A stretch of 64,000 nt of DNA from the human T2T-CHM13v2.0 reference genome, Homo sapiens, in the NCBI RefSeq assembly GCF_009914755.1, contig NC_060947.1, one strand, 5' to 3'. The notes under the pieces were generated by a model. That model ran no database searches and had not been told where the DNA came from. It saw nothing but the letters and a program-made list of their open reading frames with translations. Each line of letters begins with the position of its first letter. Position 1 is the first letter of the stretch. Positions 18,032-35,696 of this stretch are shown here, piece by piece. A program made the translations under genes and the position numbers.

Positions 18032-18189
18032 ATTAGAGGGGCATGGTGGCACACACCAGTAGTTCTAGCTATTGGCAGGCTGAGATGGGAGGATCGCTTG
18101 AGCCCAGGAGTTCCAGGCTGTAGTGAACCATGATGAAGCCATTGCACTCCAGCCTGGGTGACAGAAGACTCTGTCAAAAAAAAAAAAAA
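17864..18189 (+). mobile_element. AluJ with (TAAA)n expansion in the middle linker
   Basis: GGATCACTTGAGCCCAGGAG / GGATCGCTTGAGCCCAGGAG J-type motifs; about 9 TAAA units at 17994-18032. Confidence 0.9.
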
Positions 18190-18273
18190 CCCAAACCTCA
18201 TGGCTTCTTATGACTTTTGATTGATTTAAAAGAGAAGCTGCTCCCTGCCCCTCTGTGCCTTATTCTTACAGTC

Positions 18274-18497
18274 CAAGCTCGTCCAACCTGCAGCCCACTG
18301 GCCTCATGTGGTCCAGGACAGCTTTGAGTGCAGCCCAATACAAATTCATAAACTTTCTTAAAACATTAGAATTTTTTTCAACCCTTTTTTTTTAGCCTAT
18401 CAGCTATGGTTAGTGTTAGTGTCTTTTACGTGTGGCCCAAGACAATTCTTCTTCTTCCAATATGGCCCAGAGAAGCCAAAAAGATTGGACATCCCTG
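18274..18497. mobile_element. MER30 (hAT-Charlie MITE)
   Basis: GTCCAACC...ACAAATTCATAAACTTTCTTAAAACATT...GTGTGGCCCAAGACAATTCTTCTTC...TTGGACATCCCTG terminus. Confidence 0.85.
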
Positions 18498-18768
18498 TCC
18501 ATCTGTGAGCACTCTCATATCTTTGCTTGCTATTAGGGATTTTCATTAACAAAATTGAAAACCTTATCCCAAATATTTTATTTTCCAAAGGTGCATGCAT
18601 ACCATTTAAATAACAAGGACATGTAAGTACTTGTGCAGTGTTTTTTGTAGAAAAATTCCCCCAAATTGTACATCTTATGTTTTGTAGTATTTGACTTGTA
18701 TAAAGCTGGCTTTGCAGATGGACCAAAACTATTCTGTGGTCAAATTTTAGAGGCTCACTTTCTTCAGA

Positions 18769-18770
<2 letters not shown>

Positions 18771-18804
<34 letters not shown>
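18771..18804. repeat. (AC)17 microsatellite
   Basis: Perfect AC run read directly. Confidence 0.97.
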
Positions 18805-18806
<2 letters not shown>

Positions 18807-19280
18807 ATTATAATGTTTAACATTACATTATTAGATAAGCATTCCTTTGGATTTAAAACATATTTATATCTTCTAAAGTTTTCTTTTTAAATAGAAATAC
18901 ATTTGGTTAGGGGAGCTCCTTAGGCCCTTATCAGATCCATCATTTGCTAAGAATCATGTAATGCAATAATAACAGCAAAGTTTTAAATTGGTGGGATTTC
19001 AGCAGCACAGCCGTTTAATAGACATGCTAACAAGGTGTCTGCAAAGAAGCGATAAACCCCAACATCACTCATTTCCAAATTTTTATCAGAGCCTAATGTA
19101 ATCACATATGTAAGGACATTTGTTCAATAAAATATTGGTATAGGCCTTTAACATTTAGTAAAAATGTTGGAGCAGGAAGAACTCTTAGAGATCCCCTCAT
19201 TCAAATCCTTCACATTACAGAGGAAAAAGAAAAAGGCTTAAAGAGTGGCTTGAGTCCTAATTCAGTTTTTCTTCCTCTAA

Positions 19281-19776
<496 letters not shown>

Positions 19777-20085
19777 TAAGAGAAGATAAATGCCTTACTT
19801 TAGCACACACTGAAAGCTCATTTACACTACAAATGGTGTTCAAGGTGAAGAGTTAGGGTTAGTCATCATGCACAAGTAGAATAAGTTGTCCTCCAATATC
19901 TGATTCACCAATATTTCCCATTATACCTGAAATTTCACTATCAGAGAAATCATTCATCTCTACAAAAGTTTTTAGTTTAAAAAACATTCATAGTTGAGGA
20001 GCTCTTAATTTTTCTGACTGCTTCCCAAGGGTCCCGCTAGATGCTGGCAGGCCCCACAGGAATGCATGACCAGCAAGGTAAAGTA

Positions 20086-20509
20086 TGTTAAAGAAGAATA
20101 AAAATGGAGGCCACAGTGTAGATATACCCTCAAAGCCAACGCCTGGAGCCACGTAGTTAAAATTTAAGTCATTCTGATTTCCCCCAAACACTAGCTCTCC
20201 TTATAAACCTAACACAGAATGTAAGCATCATGTTCTTTCAACATGATTCAGTGAAATAAAGCCAATCAGCTATAGACAAATCAATTTAAACATCTCTGCT
20301 TGCCGTAACAAGAATGTTAATGTTAGCAGCCAATCACAGAAAAGGTCAAAGTACTTTCTTCTTTATGCTTTATAAACTATGCTATAACAACTGTGAGCAG
20401 GGCTTCTCACCACTTTCAGCTTGAGGTCTCCCGGTTCACAAACTGATTTTTTGTATGCACAATAAACTTTAAATTTTTTTTCTAACTTGATTTCATTTTG
20501 GTTTTGACA
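20086..20509 (+). mobile_element. Probable ERV1 (MER4-group) solo LTR
   Basis: TGTTAAA...TTTTGACA termini, two AGCCAATCA CCAAT boxes, TATAAA near 20373 and AATAAA at 20461; no clean TSD; family uncertain. Confidence 0.55.
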
Positions 20510-21699
20510 AGGTTGATGGAGAAGTGAAACTACGTACAGAATGTAAGGCACCATTTATGAGGGTGACACTTGGCACTGCATTAGAGAACGTTGGACCATA
20601 ATTAACACCTATGGGATTGTATAAATTGGGATGTGAATGCAGTATGTGGAGGTGATCAAAAAGTACTGAAACTCCTTCCATTTTGCTAAGAGCCAGCTAT
20701 GGTTATGGGAAAAGATCTGGAAGAAAAGAGAGCAGTGACCCATACAAAAGATGGCTGGCATTTACTGGTGTTTTACATGTGGAGGGCTTTGTGCTAGGCT
20801 CCAGGGCTAGGCAATAATACATATTTCTTAAATTTTAAGGACAAAAAAATTTAAAACTTCTCAACTAAAGTGATTTCTTACATACAATAGCTATAAACTT
20901 CTAAGAAAGCATCTCTCTGTTCAGACCTGCACTGTAGCTTCTGTTTATAAAAGTACCAAAGTCTGCTCAAGCTTAGACATAAAGAAAGTGAAAGATCTAA
21001 CATTTAGAGTTCTTAACTAGGTTCAATTCTCCAAGTTTATTATTCTGCAGGGCAAGTAGTTGCACATCGTTGAGAGACTAATGGTGCAAAATGAAGAGAA
21101 AGTTTCAATTCATTGAAAGTCGATTATATCATTCTCAGCGTAACACAGTACCCCGATGATTTCAATCTAGCCTTGCTACAAATTTTGCTAACTTCTGGCT
21201 ACAGTCTGGATCCTTCTTTAGACTGGCAGCTTCAAGAGTAAATTAACCCAAAGTCAATAATATCTGACACTTTTTTCTGTCTTTCGATATATGTTTCAGC
21301 TTTTCCTCCACTTACTGTATCTTCAGCTCAGGTTTTGACTCTAAACTAGAACTTGACATTCAGTTAGACTGCTTTGATGGGCAAAGGAAGTACGTGCCTC
21401 ATGAATGTTTTCTATTTTGAAGTGGTTCAACTGCCTGTGGTGAGCGTGGAATGTAAAACCAATGCCTCCTTGCTAATTGTGAAATCCTTCAGCTTTGTGC
21501 TGGGGGTCAAACCCAATCATTCCATTTGTTCAATAGGCATCTAATTGAGAGCTATGGAAATCTAACATGTTGGTTAAGACAAATGATCTGTACATACCAA
21601 TATGGGTCCCCTTGTTCTGGAAATGCTGCTGTGGCTAACATGAGAAGAGTGCAGGATCCCTCCCCCAGGTGAGGACCATTACAAAATTTACATTTAGAG

Positions 21700-21940
21700 A
21701 GTACAGTGGGGTAGTTAAGTTCCCAGGCTATGGAGCCAGACTGCCTGGATTCAGATATTTGCTCCACTTTCTGCAGTTTGACCATGTGGTACATCTGACT
21801 TAACATCTCCATGTCCAGTTTTCTTATTTGCAAAACCAAGAAAATAATGGTACCTACTGCATGTGGTTTTAGTGAGGGTTAAATATATGTAACATACTTA
21901 GAACACATAAAAATCACTCATGTTATTTATTGTTACTATG
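21700..21940 (+). mobile_element. MIR
   Basis: GGAGCCAGACTGCCTGGATTC...CAGTTTTCTTATTTGCAAAA..ATAATGGTACCTAC core. Confidence 0.8.
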
Positions 21941-21954
21941 GTTTTTAATTTTAT

Positions 21955-22830
21955 TAGATGCCAAGCCTTTTGCTGGGAGCTGAAAGTATTTTCAGGGATG
22001 AAAATATGTTTTAGTAGGGGAGGCAAGCAATTATCATACATGTGATCATTGAGGTAACTAGCCAGCTCTCAGGGGAATCAGGGAAGGTTGCATTGGGGAT
22101 ATTATTCTAAAATTGTGCATGGAAGATGTGTAGGAGTTAGGCAGAGTGTGAAGGCACATTACAGGAGTAACAGTGTTATAAAAAGAGAGAACAGCCATGA
22201 GACTAGAGAGCATGTGGTGGGTTTAGGGTACTGAGAAAAGTTCAATATGGTTGATGGAGGCTCATACTGATCCAGACTGGGGAAAGATCACACAGGACCT
22301 TGAAATGCATCTCTAGAAATTTCGATATTACCATACTGGCAATGGGAAATCTTGAAGCATTTAAGCAGAAGGATGACTGGATCACATTTGCGTTTTAAAT
22401 GATTACTTTGGCTGCAACATATATTGAGGGTAGGAATAGAAAGAAAAGTTAAGAGGCTGCGGGGAGAACAATAATCTGAACTAACATAGAGGCAATGGGA
22501 TGCAGATAAGCAGAAGGAATAGAGAGATTCTAAGGAGGTAAGTCAGCAGCACTCGCTGATTGATAGGATGTGAGGGTGAGACAGAAGGATTCAAGGATTT
22601 GATTAATGGAGTGATTGTGGTGTATCCACAGCATGGAGACCAAGGCCATCTCAAGTTTTTACTTGATATTTTCCCCTTATCCCAGTATAGGAAACAGAAG
22701 ATGAGGTGCATACTAGGAAGGGATGAGTAATAATTTGGTTTTAGACATTGTGATGTGAAGTGCCTGTAAAGCTACTAAATGAAAATGTCTTGGGAAGTGA
22801 ATCTGGAGCTCAGAAGAGAAATCATGGTGT
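21955..22830. mobile_element. L2 fragment
   Basis: Purine-rich L2 signature such as TTTAAGCAGAAGGATGACTGGATCACATTTGCGTTTTAAATGATTACTTTGGCTGC. Confidence 0.7.
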
Positions 22831-22894
22831 AGCCTGTGTGTTAATAAGGTCCATTGGTTACTCCCTGGAGCTGGATCAATTAGATAGGTTTCTT

Positions 22895-23171
22895 TTTAAT
22901 TTTTTTTTTAATTTTTGGAAGTGCATAGTAGGTGTGTATATTTATGGGGCACCTGAGATACTTTAATATAGTCATACACTGTATAATAATCACATCAGGG
23001 TAAATAGGGTATCCATCGCCTCAAGAATTTATCATTTCTCTGGGTTACAAACATTTTAATTATACTCTTTTAGTTATTTTTACATGTGGAATAAATTATT
23101 GTTGACTGTAATCACTATGTTGTGCTATCAAATACTAGATCTTATTCATTCTGCTTTTGTACCCATTAACC
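22895..23171 (-). mobile_element. L1MA 3'-end insertion
   Basis: L1MA 3' UTR (GTGTATATTTATGGGG..CTATCAAATACTAGATCTTATTC); perfect 14-bp TSD TAGATAGGTTTCTT at 22881-22894 and 23172-23185. Confidence 0.88.
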
Positions 23172-24246
23172 TAGATAGGTTTCTTAAATTGACCTACAAT
23201 GGATTTTATTTCAAGCTTTTGTCAGCTATATTCTAGTGGTGCTCTCAAATCTTTGAAGAGTTTATCTAAACAGTTTTCACATTTTTCCCTGAAAATGTGA
23301 CATTTTAGTTTCAATAATAATTTAATTCAGCCTAAATCAGCTGAGAGCCCAAGGTATCACATAGTTAGCAACCATGCTAAGGTATTTTAGACAACCATAT
23401 GGTGTCTATTCTTGGTTTTAGTTTTCATTCTAAGTGTGATATTTGCCAAAGCCATTCACTTTCTTGGCTACCAGCTTATTTGTTTCTAATGAGGGGATGG
23501 TAATAGTGGTGACATCTTGCCCTTCCTTAGCAGAAAGGTTTGGTAAACAGTGGTGACTTTCTCAGTTCAACATTCTATTTGTTAGTCATTAAGTACTCAT
23601 TTAAAAATGTTCGGGCTCCTCAGAGTCAATCCAGTGCACTGACACGAGTTTCTAATACTCATAAAAACCTAAATCTATCTGATTGAAACAGTCAATATAG
23701 CAACTAAGTTGGGACATGAACTGATCATGTTGCTACTTAACAGAAGAGTTTCAGTGGGCCTTTACCACAGAATAAAAAATAATAATAAAACCTATATTTC
23801 ACTTTGGATATAAGGATGTAGCTATATTTCCCTATCTAGAGAAGATTTACAATAAAGAGGACAAATAAAACCTTAAGTCAGATAAATTAGCCATAGTGAA
23901 ACTGGATCCATCCCAGGTTGCCCAGATACAGCATCTCCAAACTTCAAGTAAATCATCTTTGAGTACTTTGTATCACAATGATAACTCTAAGCTCTAATAT
24001 TTATTACATTTGTTATTATCTATTTTTGTATGGGAATGTTTTTTATTATACTTTAAGTTCTGGGATACATGTGCAGAACATGCAGGTTTGTTACATAGGT
24101 ATACACGTGCCATGGTGGTTTGCTGCAACCATCAACCTGTCATGTACATTAGGTATTTCTCCTAATGCTATCCCTCCCCTAGCTCCCCACCCCGATAGGC
24201 CTTGGTGTATGATATTCCCCTCCCTGTGTCCATGTGTTCTCATTGT

Positions 24247-28340
<4,094 letters not shown>

Positions 28341-28400
28341 ATTTCATTCTGTCATTATGATGCCAGCTGGTTATTTTTCCTGTTAGTTGATGCAGTTTCT

Positions 28401-29445
28401 TCATAGTGTTGATGGTCTTAACAATTTGGTATATTTTTCCAGTGGCTGGCACCGGTTTTTCCTTTCCATATTTAGTGCTTCCTTCAGGAGCTCATGTAAG
28501 GCAGGCCTGATGGTGACAAAATCTCTCAGCATTTGGTTGTCTGTAAAGTATTTTTCTTCTCCTTTGCTTATGATGCTTAGTTTGGCTAGATTTGAAATTC
28601 TGGGTTGAAAATTCTTTTCTTTAAGAATGTTGAATATTGGCACCCACTCTCTTTTTACTTGTAGGGTTTCTGCTGAGAGATCTGCTGTTAGTCTGATGGG
28701 CTTCCCTTTTTGGGTAACCCGACCTTTCTCTCTGACTGCCCTTAACATTTTTTCCTTCATTTCAACCTGGGTGAATGTGACGATTATGTGTCTTGGGGTT
28801 GCCCTTTTTGAGGCGTATCTTTGTGGTGTTCTCTGTATTTCCTGAACTTGAATGTTGGCCTGTCTTGCTATGTTGGGGAAGTTCCCCTGGATAATATCCT
28901 TAAGAGTGTTTTTCCAACTTGGTTCCATTCTCCCCATCACTTTCAGGTACACCAATCAAATGTAGGCTTGATGTTTTCACAGAGTCCCATATTTCGTGGA
29001 GGCTTTGTTCATTCATTTTTATTCTTTTCTCTCTAATCTTGTCTTCCCACTATATTTCATTAAGTTGATCTTCAATCTCTGATATCCTTTCTTCTGCTTG
29101 ATCAATTGGGCTATTGATACTTGTGTATGCTTCACAAAGTTCTCATGCTGTGTTTTTCAGCTCCATCTGGTCATTTATGTTCTTCTCTAAACTGGTTATT
29201 CTAGTTAGCAATTCCTCTAACCTTTTTTCAAGGTTCTTAGCTTCCTTGCATTGGGTTAGAACATGTTCCTTCAGCTCAGAGGAGTTTGTTATTACCCACC
29301 TTCTGAAGCCCACTTCTGTCAATTTGTCAAACTCATTCTTTGTCCAGTTTTGTTCCCTTGCTGGCAAGGAGTTGTGATCCTTTGGAGGAAAAGAGGCGTT
29401 CTGGTTTTTGGAATTGTCAGCCTTTTTGCACTGGATTTTCCTCAT
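28401..29445 (-). pseudogene. L1 ORF1p remnant
   Basis: Coiled-coil KNLEKRLEELLTRITSLEKN and RRM/CTD peptides TPRHIIV, GKPIRLTADLSAETLQ. Confidence 0.92.
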
Positions 29446-30782
29446 CTTTGTGGATTTATCTACCTTTGGTCTTTGACGTTGGTGACCTTTGGATGGGGTT
29501 TCTGAATGGACGTCCTTTTTGTTGATGTTGATGCTATTCCTTTCTGTTTGTTAGTTTTCCTTCTAACAGTCAGGCCCCTCTGCTGCAGGTCTGCTGGAGT
29601 TTGCTGGAGATGCACTCCAGAACCTGTTTGCCTGGGTATCACCAGCAGAGGCTGCAGAACAGCAAAGATTGCTGTCTGTTCCTTCTTCTGGAAGCTTTGT
29701 CCCAGAGGGGCACCCACAAGATGCCAGCAGGAGCTCTCTTATTTGAGATGTCCGTGGACCCCTGCTGCGAGATGTCTCCCAGTCAGGAGGCATGGGTCTC
29801 AGGGACAAACTTGAAGAGGTAGTCTGTCCCTTAGCAGAGCTCGAACGCTGTGCTGGGAGATCCACTGCTCTCTTCAGAGCTGGCAGGCAGGAAAGTTTAA
29901 GTCTGCTGAAGCTGCTCCCACAGCTGCCCCTTCCCCCAGGTGCTCTGTACCAGGGAGATGGGAGTTTTATCTATAAGCCCCTGACTGGGGCTGTTACCTT
30001 TCTTTCAGAGATGCCCTGCCCAGAGAGGAGGCATCTAGAGAGGCAGTCTGACTACAGCAGCTTTGAGGAGCTGCTGTGGGCTCTGCCCAGTCTGAACTCC
30101 CCCTTTGTTTACACTGTGAGGGGAAAACTACCTACTCAAGCCTCAGTAACGGCGGATGCTCCTCCCTCACCAAGCTCCAGCGTCCCAGGTTGACTTCAGA
30201 CTTCTATACTGGCAGCAAGAACTTCAAGCCAGTGGATCTTAGCTTGCTGGGCTCCATCAGAGTGGGATCCACTGAGTCAGACCACTTGGCTCCCTGGCTT
30301 CAACCCCCTTTCCAGGGGAGTGAATGGTTCTCTCTCGCTGGCCTTCCAGGCAACACTGGGGTACGAAAAACCAAAAACCAAAAACCAAAAAAAACCTCCT
30401 GCAGCTAGCTCAGTGTCTGCCCAAACAGCCACCCAGTTTTGTGCTTGAAACCCAGGGCTCTGGTAGCATAGGCACCCAAGGGAATCTCCTGTTCTGTGGG
30501 TTGTGAAGACAGTGAGAAAAGCATAGCATCTGGGCTGGAATGCACTGTTCCTCACGGCACAGTCCTTCAAGGCTTCCCTTGGCTAGGGGAGGGAGTTCCC
30601 CGATGCCTTGAGTTTTCCGGGTGAGGCGATGACCCACCCTGCTTCGGCTCACCCTTCGTGGGCTGCACCCACTGTGTAACCAGTCCCAGTGAGATGAGCT
30701 GGTACCTCAGATGGAAATGCAGAAATCACCCACCTTCTGCGTTGATCTTGCTGGGAGCTGCAAACCACAGCTGTTCCTATTC

Positions 30783-30792
30783 GGCCATCTTG
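30783..30792 (-). promoter_or_regulatory. YY1 site of the L1 5' UTR promoter
   Basis: CAAGATGGCC on the minus strand at the L1 5' end. Confidence 0.75.
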
Positions 30793-30879
30793 CCCACAAC
30801 CCTGTATTATCTACTCTTATTTGGCATTTTATTATATCAATTACATAATATATCTTGAACTTAGACTTGTATTTTAATC

Positions 30880-31400
30880 AAGATTGCAAATTAATCAAGT
30901 AAAAGGGATTATATTTTAATGGAAGCAGGTATAATGTGCTTAGAAAAGCATAGGCTGTATATAGATTATATAAAACTGGTATAATAGTACACATATAGAT
31001 CAATGAAACAGAATTAAGGGGCCAGAAACAAACACTTACATTTTTGATAAGTTGATTTTGCCAAGACAATCCAATGGAGAAATAATAATTATTTCAAAAA
31101 ACAGTACTGGAGACAACTGGATATCCATATGCAAAAAAAAAATGAACTTAAGACCTTTGCCTCAGATAATTTGCAAAAAATACCTCCATATGGATTATAG
31201 ACCTAAATTTAAGAGCTAAAACTTATAATTTTTAGAAAAAAGGGGATAAAATCTTTATGACTTTGGGTTATTCAAAGAATTTTTAGATGTGATGCTGAAA
31301 ATACAATTCATAAAATAATAATTGGAGTTTATTGAAATTGAAAACTTCTGCTCTTTAAACCATACCACTAAAAATGAAAAACAAAAAAGTCAGAATGAGA
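30880..31400 (+). mobile_element. Old L1M ORF2 fragment
   Basis: TAGATCAATGAAACAGAAT...ACAACTGGATATCCATATGCAAAA...TGGATTATAGACCTAAAT. Confidence 0.75.
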
Positions 31401-31879
31401 GAAATGAAACTATAATCCAAGATATCTGAAATATCAATCCCTTGCTTTTATAAAACATGATCACCCCAATATCCATGAGTATCAAATGCACTTTAAGTAA
31501 TGAGGAAGGACTCAGAGAAATCATTACTTAGAATACATTGCTGGATGCCCTATGAAATTCTGATGAAATCAATTATTAGAAATTTAGTGTGTTGAAATGA
31601 AAATCTGACTTCAAATTCTGTGGCCTTACCGCAGATAATGTTCTTCAAATATTCTATTCCCTTTTTAATCAGTCTCTCTAAGCAAAACACATATTTCACC
31701 CTTCATCCTAACCCTTTAAAAGTTATATTAAGACCATAATAAAAGGATTGGAACTACTAAGCCATCATTTTACTGCTTCCCCCTCAGATTTCTCCTTCGT
31801 GCATTTCTTCCTGAAGGAATTGCACAAGGTTTGTCTTGAGAGAATTAGAGCCAGTCATAATGCAATTATTACCAGGTGC

Positions 31880-32070
31880 ATGGACTTTGAAATAAGTGAG
31901 ATTGGTTTCAAATTGATTGAATAAGGTGAAATGCTTGACCTCTCTCCAATCTTCAGTTTCTTTAGCTGTTAAATGGGACAATATTACCTATTTCTCAGGC
32001 ACTACATGAAATTATGCACTTAAAGTATAGTTCAGTGAATGGTATAAAGCACTTAAGGAATAGTTGTTAT
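31880..32070 (+). mobile_element. MIR
   Basis: CTTCAGTTTCTTTAGCTGTTAAATGGGACAATATTACCTA core. Confidence 0.65.
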
Positions 32071-32284
32071 TTTTATTGTTGGAAAATGGATTTATCTGAC
32101 ATGTTCACATTAGATATATTTTGAACAGCCCCAGGCACATATTTACAATTAAATTAGACACTACAACTCTGCAGAGATTAAAAACTAGAGTTAACGTTAG
32201 TCAGATTTTCTTAGAGCACAGATATACAAATAACAAGGTAGAAAGAATGCTGGATTATATTTTGGTTCTGGTTGTGTCAATAGT

Positions 32285-33470
32285 CATTCATTTTTGTATT
32301 AATAGTCATTGAGAACTTATTAGGTTATAAATATATATTGGGGAATAAAACAAATACCATGCCTAAATTTATGGAGTTCACATTCTGGTAGGAATGACAG
32401 AAAAGAAATAATTAAAGAATCAAGTAATGATATAAATAAAATTATTATGTTTGGTGAAGAAGATGAATACATAACAGATGGTGAAGTATAATGAGGGCCC
32501 CATGGTGGGTACGATATTAGGGATGGTGTCTCTGAAGAGCTAACACTTAAGGTAGTCCTGAAGAATGATAATGAGCCACTCGTGCAGGCAAGAGAAGGAA
32601 ATCTATTCTAGATGGAAGAACAAGCACGTATGAAAGCCCTGGAGTGGGGAGGGGCCTGTCATGTGCCATGAACCGAAAGGAAGCCTGTGTGACTGTAGAG
32701 TGGTGAGCAAGGGCAGAATGGCCCACACTGAGTTGAAGTAGCAGTTAGGCGATGAACCACTCAAGGCCTTGTAGGCCATGGGAATTAATTTGGATTTTAT
32801 CCTAAGAGTGAAGAAAAGTCATGAGTGTTTTAATCAATAGAGAAACATGATACAATTTTATATTTTTAAAAGACCTCTTTGACTTCTACATGTGGCAATG
32901 ATGTGGAGGAGGCAACAGAAGTACAAAGACCATTTAAAAGACCCTAGAAATGGCCTCTGAGAGACATGCTGGTAGCCAAAACTATGTTGATGATAGTAGA
33001 GATGAAGAGAAATAGATGTGTTTGATATTTATATTTAGAAATTATAAACAGCAGTACTCACTGAATGATTGTCCACATAGAGTAATGAAAGAAAAATATT
33101 AAGGATGACTCCAAGCGTTCTGGTTTGTAAATCTAGGTTGCTTGTACTGCCATTTACGGAGATATGAAAGACTGAAACAGAAAAAGTGAATAGAGGTATG
33201 AGGTAAAGTTACATTTCAGATGCCCATGAGGCATCCAAGCATAGATGTCAAGTATGCAGAAGGAATATCAATCAAGAAATTTCAGGGATACATTAGGTAT
33301 ATATAGAGAGAGATTTCAGAAATTTAGGGTATAGATAACATTTGTGGTTATAAGACTGACTCAGAGCACTTAGAGAAAGAGTACAGGTAGAGAAGAGATG
33401 CAAGAACTAAGAACTGTGACACCCAACATTCACAGGTAAAGAAGAGGGGAGGGACAAGCAAAGAGAACTA
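32285..33470. mobile_element. L2a fragment
   Basis: GGCCTTGTAGGCCATGGGAAT..TTTGGATTTTATCCTAAG and AAGGATGACTCCAAG signature. Confidence 0.8.
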
Positions 33471-34783
33471 AATGCAGTCCATCTCCAAAGGCTCCCTAAT
33501 CTGCCTTTGTTTCTCCTTCCCATTGCCATTACTTCAGTTCTGGCCACCACTAGAGTTCTACTGAATCAAAAAGGTGTGATTTTTCAAGGTGTGAGAAGTA
33601 TCTTGGAGCTTCATTTTCTCACTTCTTCCTATTTATGTAGTTTACACAGCCTGTGAAACAATCTGAGATAGGAACTAAAAAACAGATTCCAATGTTCTGC
33701 ATCAGCACAACCACTCTCTAGATTATGCACTTCTGTTACTATGTGAGTTTATTTACAAAGGTCTTGATGACTTTTTTGAAGGAATGATATCTGTTTGGTG
33801 AGTCTTTACTCAAGGTATAGCTCCACATGCAGAATAAAAGATTTAACAAACACATTAAGTGTATATGCTCCTTTTGCTGATGACATCTGTGAGGTTTTGA
33901 CAGATTACAGAGCATTCCCCATTTGGACACATTTGCCAACCTGAGAAAATTACAAATTGCAGCTGACTTTCAAAATAAGTGACAAGGAAAAACTGTGGTA
34001 AACTCTTCCATCATTCTTGTTTTATGGCCTCTGCCATTTCTCTAGAAGTTAAAAAAAGAATTATAAGGGTAGGACTGAGTGGTTTTTGTTATTCTTGAGT
34101 TTAGGTTTCTCAGGAATTGGAATAGATCAGAGTGACAGGAGATTAACGTGCCAATCCAACCACCAGTGTCTGGATTTCCATTCACTCAAATACCTAAGGA
34201 TATTAACACATATTTGTTTTACAGGTTGGGAATTATCTCCAGAATTATCCCATCATTTGAGATGTGCCATTAAAAATGAGCCTTTTTTCCTTTTCTTTCA
34301 GAGAAAGCAAGAAATATTTTATTCAAGGGGAATTACAACAGTGGGGTTTTGTAGTAGAGGGAAGAGATTGGATTCACATCCCTAGTCTCTTTTCTTAACA
34401 TTGGGATTTAAAAGTAGGTCTGAAAAAGATGGTCTTTTAACTTCTGCCATACTATTAATTTATGTTGAAAAAATATCTTTTCCATAATACTTTCTTCATG
34501 AGGTAAATACATTGCAAAGAATTTTACTGATTTCCAAGATAAATAATTGTTGCTAGCCAAGCCAGTAATGGGATAAATTCCCCCCAATACACACAAACTC
34601 AGTTACCTGCCTTTGATTTTGCTCATTACCAGTAAACAAGGTAGGAGGATATATAAACTTGAAAAACTGAAACCCAGTTTCACCATTTGTGAATCTTTAA
34701 CCAAAATTCACTAAATCTTCTCTGATAGTGTCTATTAATGTTTGAGACAGAATTTTCTAAGCACCTAAAAAATGTCTGGTTGC

Positions 34784-35106
<323 letters not shown>

Positions 35107-35403
35107 TGCAAAATTTTCCGAGTGTCTATCCCTTCTTAAAAACATAAATTAAAATAATTATTTTAAAAATGTGTACATGTTTGTTTATATCTTTTTATCT
35201 TAACTACAGATTAAACTTCAGGTAGTGGCCACAATAACAAGAGTCAATAATATTGAGATCTGGTTTTCTTTTTAGAGGAGGCAGAGAAAGAAAAAGAATT
35301 TGTATATTCCTGGTGCCTAGCATGGTACAGATGCATTGTCAGTGCTCAATACATGATTGTATAAGGAAATGATACTAGTTGCTTTATTTGGATCTTACTT
35401 TTG

Positions 35404-35696
<293 letters not shown>

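Noticed and set aside
24010-24040. TATTATCTA as the TSD of the full-length L1 (also near 30805)
   Set aside because: It is short, AT-rich and offset from the tail, so it cannot be told from chance.
29792-30408. Antisense ORFs in the L1 5' UTR as intact ORF0
   Set aside because: I could not recognise the ORF0 peptide, and GC-rich UTRs often give such frames.
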